Assembly (NCBI GenBank): GCA_031384385.1 | Contig: JANNAN010000013.1 | Span: 6,015-70,014 of the forward strand | DNA length: 64,000 bases | Reading direction: 5' to 3' | Origin: Candidatus Tayloriibacteriota bacterium | GTDB taxonomy: Bacteria; Patescibacteriota; Minisyncoccia; Phycocordibacterales; PALSA-1337 | Shown here: positions 47,520 through 56,362 of the stretch, in pieces | Numbering within the stretch: position 1 is the first letter of the stretch | How the letters are laid out: the number at the start of each line of letters is the position of its first letter | The notes under the pieces: model-generated | What the model saw: only the letters and a program-made list of their open reading frames with translations | Databases searched by the model: none | What the model was told of the DNA's origin: nothing | Translations under genes and position numbers: made by a program

Positions 47520-48518
47520 ATGCAAACAGTCGATCAGACTCATGGGACCTACGTGGTTACCTATGATGTCGCTAGTCGCATTCAATCATTCCGCTCGAAA
47601 GGTTTTCATGTCCCGAATCAAAATGATTCAATGTTCGATAGATTCCACCTGCGTCTTCTTGAAACGATGCAAGATGCTCTACCAGGTGTGATGATTGACT
47701 CTATTGATATGAGCAAGCTTCGGCTTGAAATCTGGGAACAGGTGGAGGGTCGAATGGTAGATCTCAATCGTCAGGCTGTTCTCAGTACATGCCCAGAAAT
47801 CGCTGATTCGAATCCTAAAAGCGAGGGTTTGTTACTTAACGTCAACCGACTGTTCGACAAGAACGGACAGTTGATTGGGTACGGTCCTCGTCCTGGATTT
47901 GAATTGTTGACAAATCAACTTGATAAATTGGCAAGAAAAATTGCCGGCCGATCCGTCATTCTCATCGAGGACGGCGCATTTACTGGTGGCACTCTCAGCT
48001 TTGTTTTGAAGGAGCTCGAGAGTCGAGGTATTAAGGTCACTGCCATAATTATTGGTTTCTGCTGTAATGGCTCGCGAACTGTTCTCCGGAAGGCGTTCAG
48101 TGAAGAGCTTGTTATGGTACATCCGGTCACTGATTTGGTGGACTGGATTCCTGACCATGATCTCATTCCGTTCATTCCGAATTGTGGACGTGTCCTCGGT
48201 GAACATTCGATGCAAGGCTATATGCCGATCCGAACGGTCAGTGGTTTCAGTTGTGCTTATCCCTACATTCTTCCTTTCGGCAGGATCGAGGAGTGGGCGA
48301 GTCTACCGGACGAAGGCGCTCGAGCTGTATCGAGACTTTGTCTTGATACTAGTATCGAAATCTTCAGCCATGTAGGGTGTAAAATCACGATAGGAAAGCT
48401 TCTGGAACTGAATCCGAGGGTCTCATTGCCTATCAGGATCGGTTCTCATGAGGTGTTGCCTGCCTTGGATATGGAGATTGTTAGCTTTTTGAAGCAGATG
48501 CGAGAAAAGCTAGAATAG
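47520..48518 (+). CDS. Phosphoribosyltransferase-domain protein
   Basis: PRPP-binding loop VILIEDGAFTGGTL. Confidence 0.75.
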   Translation: MQTVDQTHGTYVVTYDVASRIQSFRSKGFHVPNQNDSMFDRFHLRLLETMQDALPGVMIDSIDMSKLRLEIWEQVEGRMVDLNRQAVLSTCPEIADSNPKSEGLLLNVNRLFDKNGQLIGYGPRPGFELLTNQLDKLARKIAGRSVILIEDGAFTGGTLSFVLKELESRGIKVTAIIIGFCCNGSRTVLRKAFSEELVMVHPVTDLVDWIPDHDLIPFIPNCGRVLGEHSMQGYMPIRTVSGFSCAYPYILPFGRIEEWASLPDEGARAVSRLCLDTSIEIFSHVGCKITIGKLLELNPRVSLPIRIGSHEVLPALDMEIVSFLKQMREKLE

Positions 48519-48657
48519 ACCTCCTATTTTCCATGAAAAATCAGTCGCATTGCTCAAAAGGTAGTGCGATTTTTTTCTAAATTGTCATTAAACCCTTATT
48601 CTTGTTGACATAATAGATATTTTACTCTGCATATTACTATCCAATGAAATATCCTTC

Positions 48658-48686
48658 TTGACAATGGTTAAGCACTACACTAGGAT
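48658..48686 (+). promoter_or_regulatory. Promoter upstream of the integrase
   Basis: TTGACA-17 nt-TAGGAT. Confidence 0.6.
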
Positions 48687-48926
48687 GTAGTGACAACCGA
48701 ATATGAATCCATTGCCCCGAAAGGGATCAGGCCATAGTGGCCGGATGCTACCGATGGACTTTTGATTAACATTGCCTTGCTATTTCCAAAAAGATAGGGG
48801 AAAATGTAAATGATGTGGTCGCAAGACTACGTCTCCCTAGCTAGGGAATGACAAGACGCTCATTGAGCTGACAGCCACCAAAAGTCCACTTTGAGTAGCA
48901 TCGAGTGGGCTTTTTGGTTGGCTATT

Positions 48927-49898
48927 ATGTTATTCAAAGATGCAATAAACGAATTCAGTGGCTGGAGACAGATCAAGGTTTCCGGTCACACAGTTATAAG
49001 ATACGATAAAGTATTGAAGATTTTTTGTCTGTACCTACGCAACCCACACATTGAAGCCATAACGCTCAATGATGTGATGAATTATTTGAATATGATGAAG
49101 GAGCTCGGATGGAAACGAAACGGCATAATAATTGTAACTTTGGCGCTAAAGAAATTCTTTGAGTTTTATAACTTGCAGAAGTTCAACGTAATCAATGAAT
49201 CTCTCATACCCACCCCTCGCAAAGAATACAACATACCACGCATCGCAACAGAGCAAGGATATAAAAAACTTATTAACTCGATACCGAAGGACAATAAACC
49301 ACATCACATTAGGAACCGCGCATTGATGGCTTTACTCTGGGATACTGGTGCTCGAAATGGGGAGATCATATCACTCAATGTAAGTGACCTTGATTTAAAC
49401 AAAAGGACTGCGTTGATCAGAACTGAAAAGTCCCGCGGACGTAGACCGATCCGTGAAATATTCTGGACACCGAGTACGAATGCGCTCTTGAAAAGATGGG
49501 TGAAGAAAAGAAAGTATTTGTTACAACTCTTCACCTTTGAAGATCTCGATTCATTATTTGTATCAATTTCTAAATGCGGTCAAAATGCTGTCAGGGGACG
49601 TAGAATGTCCGTTGTTGGTGTTGCTGAAATGTTGCGCACTAATTCTAACCGTGCAGGTATACCAACCTTGAATGCACACTCGATGAGACATTTCATGGGG
49701 CGAGATATTGTGAATAGGGGTGGATCAAATTCTGATGTCTCAAACATTCTTGGCCACTCTAGTCTAGAAAGTTCGATGATTTACACTATGATGACAGGTC
49801 CCGATCTTCACAGGAGATACGATATGTTTCGGGATGTGCCGAGGAACCAGAGAGCAAAGAAATATAAAATTCCCAGAACAAGAGCTATTCATTGCTAA
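48927..49898 (+). CDS. Tyrosine recombinase/integrase
   Basis: RNRALMALLWDTGARNGE, K, HSMRH, ILGHSSLESSMIY. Confidence 0.93.
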   Translation: MLFKDAINEFSGWRQIKVSGHTVIRYDKVLKIFCLYLRNPHIEAITLNDVMNYLNMMKELGWKRNGIIIVTLALKKFFEFYNLQKFNVINESLIPTPRKEYNIPRIATEQGYKKLINSIPKDNKPHHIRNRALMALLWDTGARNGEIISLNVSDLDLNKRTALIRTEKSRGRRPIREIFWTPSTNALLKRWVKKRKYLLQLFTFEDLDSLFVSISKCGQNAVRGRRMSVVGVAEMLRTNSNRAGIPTLNAHSMRHFMGRDIVNRGGSNSDVSNILGHSSLESSMIYTMMTGPDLHRRYDMFRDVPRNQRAKKYKIPRTRAIHC

Positions 49899-49921
49899 CA
49901 TACGTCTGTTATAATAACCCT

Positions 49922-50065
49922 GTGAAAAATAAAGCAGCACAGCAACTTGGTCGTAAGGGCGGATCAACAACGATTCGCAAGTATGGCAAAAGACACTTCA
50001 GCCGAATGGGGAAGCTGAGTGGTAAGAAAAGGCGAAGTAAGGCCATAAAAGAGGCCGTATTTTGA
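49922..50065 (+). CDS. Small basic KGG-motif protein (47 aa)
   Basis: Manual translation MKNKAAQQLGRKGGSTTIRKYGKRHFSRMGKLSGKKRRSKAIKEAVF. Confidence 0.6.
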   Translation: MKNKAAQQLGRKGGSTTIRKYGKRHFSRMGKLSGKKRRSKAIKEAVF

Positions 50066-50261
50066 CGCTTGCTATTAAACAAGCGTTTGTTTATGATGAT
50101 GTTAACGAACTTTGACAGCTGAATTTCAAATCCTCGCTCGCCTTTCAAGATCACAATTTCATTGCTATTTTGGAAGACGAGCGTACTAGGAATTTAAATC
50201 AAATTGAATCCCGTGTTAAAATAAAGTTATGAAAAAGTCGAAAAACACGGAAAATCTGCCA

Positions 50262-50336
50262 GCATGGTACCGATGTGAAATGGGGTATACGTATACTCTG
50301 GTACGGCACGTAATTGAAGCTGGAAAATTGATTTAA
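50262..50336 (+). pseudogene. Displaced gap 3' tail, copy 2 (attR region)
   Basis: AWYRCEMGYTYTLVRHVIEAGKLI* versus gap AWYDNEMGYTHTLVNHVIAAGRLV*. Confidence 0.88.
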
Positions 50337-50342
50337 CCTAAA

Positions 50343-50534
50343 ATGAAGATACTAAAAATAATTTTAAGTGTAATAATCTTGTATCTAGTACTTTCATTTT
50401 TCCTGCCAATTTTTCCTCACTGGACTAAACACAGCTATACTGGCGGTGGGGTTGCTGGCGGTGTCTTTACCAACATCTGGTATACGGTGAGCTGGGATAC
50501 CTTGACGGTATCAATAGTAACCGAACAAAAATGA
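50343..50534 (+). CDS. Small membrane protein between two gap tails
   Basis: 63-aa ORF with N-terminal TM. Confidence 0.55.
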   Translation: MKILKIILSVIILYLVLSFFLPIFPHWTKHSYTGGGVAGGVFTNIWYTVSWDTLTVSIVTEQK

Positions 50535-50608
50535 CTTGGTACGACAATGAAGTAAGGTATACATATACACTGGTGGATCATGTGGTAAAGATGGGGAGAC
50601 TTGTTTAA
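50531..50608 (+). pseudogene. Displaced gap 3' tail, copy 3
   Basis: TWYDNEVRYTYTLVDHVVKMGRLV*. Confidence 0.88.
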
Positions 50609-50768
50609 TTAAATTAAATTTAACTCATAATCTAAGCCATAAAATTTCTACTCGATAGACACATTCTATTTTCTATTGTTGAACCACCAAAATCCTCAAA
50701 ATCTTTATCATTTCTTTATCTCACTTATGTACAATTTATGATATTATTAATTTTAAACATAAATAAAA

Positions 50769-51050
50769 ATGTTGCATACACAATTAGATACAGGTTTTGT
50801 TACTAGATTAGAGTTCAATGAATTTAAAAATATGAACGAGTTAAATTTTACTAAAATTGATGAGAATTTCTTTAAAATAGATAAGAAATTTGATTATCTA
50901 ACAGAAACCATGATCAATGGTTTTGATAGAATTTACGATAGAATTGATGTAAAATTTTGGGAAGTTGATAAAAGATTTGATAAATTAGAAAGAGATATGA
51001 ATCTTATTAAAAAGCATTTCGGAATAAAAGATGCTACAATAAATGCATAA
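50769..51050 (+). CDS. Hypothetical coiled-coil protein
   Basis: Repeated F.KID.KF pattern. Confidence 0.65.
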   Translation: MLHTQLDTGFVTRLEFNEFKNMNELNFTKIDENFFKIDKKFDYLTETMINGFDRIYDRIDVKFWEVDKRFDKLERDMNLIKKHFGIKDATINA

Positions 51051-51054
51051 AATT

Positions 51055-51504
51055 ATGAAAATATTACTTGCAGCAGATCATGCTGGATTTGAGTTAAAAA
51101 ATAAGATTTTTGCTTTTTTAAAGCAAGAAGGTTTTGATGTCGAAGATTTGGGTGCGGCTACTTTTATGCCTGATGATAATTATCCTGAAATTATGATTCC
51201 TGTAGCAATGAGAGTTTTACATGATCCAGAAAATACAAAAGCAATTATTTTTGGTAAATCTGGACAGGGTGAGGCAATGGTTGTTAATCGTTTTCCTGGA
51301 ATTCGTGCTGCTGTTTATTATGGTAAAAATCCTCAAATGATTAAACTTTCAAAAGAGCACAATGATGCTAATATTCTTTCAATCGGAGCTCAATTTGTAG
51401 ACGAAGAAGAAGCAAAAGAGATCGTAAAGCTTTGGATAGCTACACCATTCAGTGGTGATGAAAGACATTTAAAAAGAATTGAGCAAATGGATAATATTCA
51501 ATAA
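51055..51504 (+). CDS. rpiB: Ribose-5-phosphate isomerase B family
   Basis: AADHAGFELK, GKSGQG, EHNDANIL, ERHLKRI. Confidence 0.9.
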   Translation: MKILLAADHAGFELKNKIFAFLKQEGFDVEDLGAATFMPDDNYPEIMIPVAMRVLHDPENTKAIIFGKSGQGEAMVVNRFPGIRAAVYYGKNPQMIKLSKEHNDANILSIGAQFVDEEEAKEIVKLWIATPFSGDERHLKRIEQMDNIQ

Positions 51505-51522
51505 TTTAATTATATTAATAAT

Positions 51523-52200
51523 ATGGAAATAATTCCTGCAATACTACCAAAGAATTTTAAAGAAATTGAAGAAAAAATTGAGCTTTTAATTAATAATTCT
51601 GAAATGGTTCAAATTGATATTTGTGATGGTAAATTTGTACCAACTACAACTTGGCCGTATTGGAAAGCTGATGAAAATTTTGAATCAATTTTACGCGAAG
51701 AAAGGGGAATGCCAGCTTGGGAAAATATAAATTACGAATTTGATTTAATGATTAATAATCCTACTGTTGATGATGCCAGAAAATGGCTATCAGCTGGAGC
51801 GGAGAGAATTGTTTTACACTTGGCTAGTTCAAAGGATTTAAATCCAATAATAGAGATTTTAAAAGGTCTTGTAGAAATTGGTATTGCTATAAATAATAAT
51901 GCTAATATTGAAGATTTGAAAAAATATTCTGATAAAATTCAATTTATTCAAATAATGGGAATTAGAAAGGCTGGTTTTCAGAGACAAAAATTTGAAGCAA
52001 ATACAGTAGATAAGATAAAAGAAGTAAAAATAATGTTTCCAAATTTAAAAATACAAGTTGACGGTGGTGTTTCCTTAGAAAATGCACCATTATTAAAGCA
52101 TGCTGGAGTGGATACTTTGATAATAGGTTCTGCTATATTTGGTCGTGATAATTCTATTGAGGAAGTTGTGGATAATATTGAACAATTTAAAAAGATTTAA
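51523..52200 (+). CDS. rpe: Ribulose-phosphate 3-epimerase
   Basis: IIPAIL, QIDICDGKFVP, IQVDGGV, IIGSAIF. Confidence 0.88.
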   Translation: MEIIPAILPKNFKEIEEKIELLINNSEMVQIDICDGKFVPTTTWPYWKADENFESILREERGMPAWENINYEFDLMINNPTVDDARKWLSAGAERIVLHLASSKDLNPIIEILKGLVEIGIAINNNANIEDLKKYSDKIQFIQIMGIRKAGFQRQKFEANTVDKIKEVKIMFPNLKIQVDGGVSLENAPLLKHAGVDTLIIGSAIFGRDNSIEEVVDNIEQFKKI

Positions 52201-52227
52201 TATATAGCATTATGCTATAATATTTGT

Positions 52228-53088
52228 ATGCTCCTTAAACCTCTAACAGACGAAAAAGCGCAATTGCTTTTTGAAAAAGCGCATGCCATTCGACAGTCTA
52301 TTGTTGAAATGCTAATAGAAGCAAAATCCGGTCATACAGCAGGTCCTCTAGATATGGCTGATATATTTTCATATTTATATTTTCATGCTTTAAAATATGA
52401 TCCGAAGAAACCAAATTGGGAATATAGAGATCGTTTGGTACTTTCTAATGGCCATATTTGTCCTGTGCTTTATGCAACAATGGCACATGCTGGATATTTT
52501 CCACTTTCAACTTTAAAAACTTTAAGAAAATTTAATTCAAAACTCCAAGGTCATCCACATAGAGAATTTTTACCAGCTTTGGAAAATTCCTCTGGCCCAC
52601 TTGGTGCTGGTCTTTCACAAATAGTTGGAATGGCAATTGCTGAAAGAATTGATTTTGGAAAAACTTCAGGAAAGCAATTTATTTGCTTAATGGGAGATGG
52701 GGAATTAAATGAAGGACAAAATTGGGAGGCGATAATGTTGGCTGGAAAAGAAAAATTACAAAATGTTATTGTTTTTGTTGATAGAAATAATATTCAAATA
52801 GATGGATTTACAGAAGATGTGATGCCGTTAAATCCTCTGACTGATAAATGGAGAGCATTTAATTGGCATGTTCAAGAAATCGATGGACATAATTTTAGAG
52901 CAATTGATCAGGCTTATACTCAGGCATTGTCAGTATTTGATAAACCATCAGTAATTATTGCAAATACTATTTCATCAAAGGGAATTCCAGCTTTTGAAAG
53001 AAAATATGAATGGCATGGTAAGCCACCGACAACAGAAGAGGAAATTAGGACAGCAAGAAAAGCGTTGGGGATTATTAGTCATAATTAA
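52228..53088 (+). CDS. Transketolase N-terminal subunit
   Basis: SGHTAG, RDRLVLSNGH, LQGHP, MGDGELNEG, WHGK. Confidence 0.93.
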   Translation: MLLKPLTDEKAQLLFEKAHAIRQSIVEMLIEAKSGHTAGPLDMADIFSYLYFHALKYDPKKPNWEYRDRLVLSNGHICPVLYATMAHAGYFPLSTLKTLRKFNSKLQGHPHREFLPALENSSGPLGAGLSQIVGMAIAERIDFGKTSGKQFICLMGDGELNEGQNWEAIMLAGKEKLQNVIVFVDRNNIQIDGFTEDVMPLNPLTDKWRAFNWHVQEIDGHNFRAIDQAYTQALSVFDKPSVIIANTISSKGIPAFERKYEWHGKPPTTEEEIRTARKALGIISHN

Positions 53089-53093
53089 ATTAT

Positions 53094-53372
53094 ATGAATA
53101 AAAAGATTAAAAGTATTATTTATTTGATAATTGCATGTGTTCCAGCTCTTTTGTTTGGTCTAACTGGAACTATTTTTAAATATATTGGCTCAGCATTTTT
53201 AGCAAAATATTGGACTATTCTTTTCTTTTTAATTCCACTCTTTGCATTGATTTCTTTTATTTATTCATTACTATCAATAAAAGAGGACAAGAAAATGATT
53301 ATTGTATCCATAATAGATATTATTCTGATTGGAATATTTATTTTTGGTTTATATTTAGGATTACGTATTTAG
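53094..53372 (+). CDS. Small three-TM protein
   Basis: Hydrophobic 92-aa ORF. Confidence 0.6.
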   Translation: MNKKIKSIIYLIIACVPALLFGLTGTIFKYIGSAFLAKYWTILFFLIPLFALISFIYSLLSIKEDKKMIIVSIIDIILIGIFIFGLYLGLRI

Positions 53373-53378
53373 TATTAT

Positions 53379-53615
53379 ATGAAAAACAAAAAGAATTATA
53401 TATTATTTGGTGGATTGATAAGTGCAGTGTTAGTTTTTCTTTATCAATATGTAATTGTCACATTTCGTATAGAACTTCCTGTGGATGGTATATTAATTCA
53501 ATTGGCTTCATTTGTATCCAATCCTTGGTTCTTTCCTGTTAATATATTAGTAATATTTGCAGTAGGTGGACTTATAGGTTATATATTTGGAATGATTAAG
53601 AATAGAAATAAATAA
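53379..53615 (+). CDS. Small two-TM protein
   Basis: Ends GYIFGMIKNRNK. Confidence 0.65.
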   Translation: MKNKKNYILFGGLISAVLVFLYQYVIVTFRIELPVDGILIQLASFVSNPWFFPVNILVIFAVGGLIGYIFGMIKNRNK

Positions 53616-53620
53616 ATTAT

Positions 53621-53908
53621 ATGCAAAATAATAAAAAATATTGGTTGAGGGGAGGAACAGTTGGATTAATTATATCAATTATAATTTTAATTTTGATTCT
53701 TCTAAGCCCAGTATACTGTGTTGGTCTCAGTGTTGATGGAACAGGATGTACTTCACCTCAAGGTATTGAAGCTATAATCTATAATATAAATTTAATGGCG
53801 AATTATTTAGGACAGTTGCTGTTCTATTTTGTAATTCTACCAATCTTAATCTGCATATTTTTCGGCTGGCTTTACGGCAAAATTAAGAATAGAAATAAGT
53901 CTATTTAA
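53621..53908 (+). CDS. Small two-TM protein
   Basis: Ends GWLYGKIKNRNKSI. Confidence 0.65.
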   Translation: MQNNKKYWLRGGTVGLIISIIILILILLSPVYCVGLSVDGTGCTSPQGIEAIIYNINLMANYLGQLLFYFVILPILICIFFGWLYGKIKNRNKSI

Positions 53909-54013
53909 ATTTTAGAAAACCTTAAAGTATATCACAACATCGTTCAAGAAACGCTGGAATTTTTGTGATTTTTTACCTATACATATTTAATTCAACTGAT
54001 AGAGTATCTGTGT

Positions 54014-54331
54014 ATGGAAATAATTTATTATAATGAAAAAGTTATTAAGTTTATAAAAGATTTGGATCTTGAAACTATGGCACGCATTGATAAGACAAGG
54101 GAAGTTTTAGAAAAACTTGGCCATCTTATTGATATGCCAGATTCGAAAAGTCTAGGTATGGGTTTATTTGAGTTGCGTATATTGGGGAAAAAACAAGTCA
54201 GAATATTATATGTATTCAAGAATAATAAAGCATATATTTTACATGGTTTTGTAAAGAAAACTTGGAAAATACCATATCGTGAAATTAAATATGCAAGAAA
54301 AATTCAAAAAGAGATTAATAAACTTGTATAA
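54014..54331 (+). CDS. RelE/HigB-family toxin (Gp49-like)
   Basis: MPDSKSLGMGLFELRI...RILY...ILHGFVKKTWK.P..EI. Confidence 0.88.
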   Translation: MEIIYYNEKVIKFIKDLDLETMARIDKTREVLEKLGHLIDMPDSKSLGMGLFELRILGKKQVRILYVFKNNKAYILHGFVKKTWKIPYREIKYARKIQKEINKLV

Positions 54332-54360
54332 TATAACATATATGTGATATTATTAATATC

Positions 54361-54627
54361 ATGAAAACAGGAAAACAATTACATGAAGAGTTAATAAAGA
54401 ATTCAAAATATAAGAAAGCTTATGATGATTTGGAAATAGAATTCAGAATATATGAAGCATTAATCAGGACTCGCATCGAAAAGAAACTTACTCAAAAACA
54501 ATTAGCAGAAAAATTAGGCATCGCCCAATCAGCTCTTGCGCGTTTTGAATCAGGAAGAACAAATCCCACCCTTTCATTTCTTCAAAAAGTAACTAGAGGT
54601 CTTGGTTTAAAGTTAACAATTATATAG
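54361..54627 (+). CDS. XRE HTH antitoxin (HigA-like)
   Basis: LTQKQLAEKLGIAQSALARFESG..NPTL. Confidence 0.88.
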   Translation: MKTGKQLHEELIKNSKYKKAYDDLEIEFRIYEALIRTRIEKKLTQKQLAEKLGIAQSALARFESGRTNPTLSFLQKVTRGLGLKLTII

Positions 54628-54661
54628 TTTTAATTATTTTAATATAGGTTATAATTAATCC

Positions 54662-55663
54662 ATGTTAAATCCCCATCAAAAATTAAATCCAGAAATATTT
54701 GAAAAAAATAATAAGCAAATTCCTATTCGTAGGGGATTTGGCGAGGGTTTAGTTCTTGCTGCGGATATGAATAAAAATATTGTTGGACTTTGTTCTGATC
54801 TTACAGAATCTACAACAATGAATTTATTCAAAGAAAAATATCCAGATAGATTTATTGAAATAGGAATTGCTGAACAAAATATGGCATCAGTAGCTTCTGG
54901 AATGGCAGCAATGGGAAAGATTCCATTTATAACTTCGTATGCAATGTTTAGTCCTGGAAGAAATTGGGAACAGATCCGAACTACTATTTGTTATAACGAT
55001 AGATCAGTAAAAATTGCAGGTTCTCATGCTGGAGTTTCTGTTGGGCCAGATGGGGGAACTCATCAAGCAATTGAGGATATTGCTATTACTCGTGTAATTC
55101 CAAATATGGTTGTGATTTCTCCTTGCGACGCTATTGAGGCTAGAAAAGCAACAATGGCTTGTTCACAAACAAAAGAGCCAACTTATATTCGTTTAGCAAG
55201 AAATGCCACACCTCTGATTACAACAGATGAAAGTCCTTTTGAAATTGGTAAAGCACAATTACTTTTTGAACCAGAAAAAAACAAAAAAGCTGAAGTAGGA
55301 ATAATCGCAACCGGTGCATTAGTACATAAGGCATTAAAAGTTGCACAAGCTTTGGAAAAAGAAGGGAAATTTGTAAAAGTTTTAAATTTATCAACAATTA
55401 AGCCATTGGATGAAAATACTATTTGGACTTTAGCCCATGAAGCTGGTGCGATAGTTACTGTAGAAGAACATCAAATTGCTGGTGGTATGGGTTCTGCTAT
55501 TGCTGAATGTATTGCAAAACATTATCCAGTGCCGATAGAATTTATTGGTATAAAAGATAAATTTGGGCAATCAGGAACTCCAGAAGAATTAATTGAATAT
55601 TATGGAATGGGCGAAAAGGATATTAAAGAAGCAGTAATAAAGGTTATGTTAAGAAAAAAATAA
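54662..55663 (+). CDS. Transketolase C-terminal subunit
   Basis: GIAEQNM, GPDGGTHQAIED, VTVEEHQ..GGMG. Confidence 0.93.
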   Translation: MLNPHQKLNPEIFEKNNKQIPIRRGFGEGLVLAADMNKNIVGLCSDLTESTTMNLFKEKYPDRFIEIGIAEQNMASVASGMAAMGKIPFITSYAMFSPGRNWEQIRTTICYNDRSVKIAGSHAGVSVGPDGGTHQAIEDIAITRVIPNMVVISPCDAIEARKATMACSQTKEPTYIRLARNATPLITTDESPFEIGKAQLLFEPEKNKKAEVGIIATGALVHKALKVAQALEKEGKFVKVLNLSTIKPLDENTIWTLAHEAGAIVTVEEHQIAGGMGSAIAECIAKHYPVPIEFIGIKDKFGQSGTPEELIEYYGMGEKDIKEAVIKVMLRKK

Positions 55664-55686
55664 TATTACTATATTACTATACTACT

Positions 55687-55965
55687 ATGTCATATTATGA
55701 TTTCTTAGATAAAAAATCCTTTCTGAAAACACAAAAAAAGCCATTGATTTTACTATCCTCAATTTTATTATTTGTAATTATTGTTTCTTGTATAATTAAA
55801 TTTGGTATTAATAATGTTGAAGAAAAACAAACAAAGCCGATACAAAATTATAAAGTTCTTACTAAAGAGGATGAGTTACAGCTTTTAAATAGAATAGCAA
55901 CGGGAACACCTGTGAATAAATTAACAAAAGAACAAGAAGAGCAACTTTCATCAAGAATTAAATAA
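55687..55965 (+). CDS. Hypothetical single-TM protein
   Basis: 92-aa ORF. Confidence 0.6.
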   Translation: MSYYDFLDKKSFLKTQKKPLILLSSILLFVIIVSCIIKFGINNVEEKQTKPIQNYKVLTKEDELQLLNRIATGTPVNKLTKEQEEQLSSRIK

Positions 55966-55971
55966 AAATTT

Positions 55972-56358
55972 ATGAAAAATCAAATCACACAAAATATAAA
56001 AGCAATAATACTAGGACTAGTCATAGCTGTCGGTGCTGGATATGTATCAGCTTGGACACCCCCTACATTACCACCTACAGGGGGAAACGTGGCTGCACCT
56101 ATTAATGTTTCAAATACATTACAACATAAATATGGAAGTCTAATTTTGAATGAAAGTACGGCTGGTATTTCACCATTTGCAACTGGGTTGGTTGTTTTAA
56201 ATGGCAATATGGGAATTGGGACATCTTCACCTTCAAAAAAGCTAGAGGTTGTGGGAGGATCTATAAAAGCAACTGGTGGATTGATACTAGAAACTAGAGC
56301 TACTGATCCAGCAGCTGCAAGTGTAGAGACAGGAAGAATGTGGTTAATCACAAACTAG
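55972..56358 (+). CDS. Secreted fibre-like hypothetical protein
   Basis: AWTPPTLPPTGGNVAAPIN, GNMGIGTSSPSKKLEVVG. Confidence 0.65.
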   Translation: MKNQITQNIKAIILGLVIAVGAGYVSAWTPPTLPPTGGNVAAPINVSNTLQHKYGSLILNESTAGISPFATGLVVLNGNMGIGTSSPSKKLEVVGGSIKATGGLILETRATDPAAASVETGRMWLITN

Positions 56359-56362
56359 ATAA

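Larger units (their letters stand above)
27183..50287. mobile_element. Defective prophage / integrative element inserted in the gap 3' end
   Basis: Shared core ATGGGGTA at 27183-27190 and 50280-50287 inside duplicated GAPDH tails; tyrosine integrase near right end; phage replication genes at left; GC-richer than flanks; host rpiB-rpe-tkt genes resume afterwards. Confidence 0.85.

Noticed and set aside
48708-48758. c-di-GMP-I riboswitch (3' end ...CUACCGAUGG and a GAAA loop)
   Set aside because: It lacks the GGCAAAC and CGCAAAGC core and the tetraloop receptor; kept only as an unassigned structured leader.
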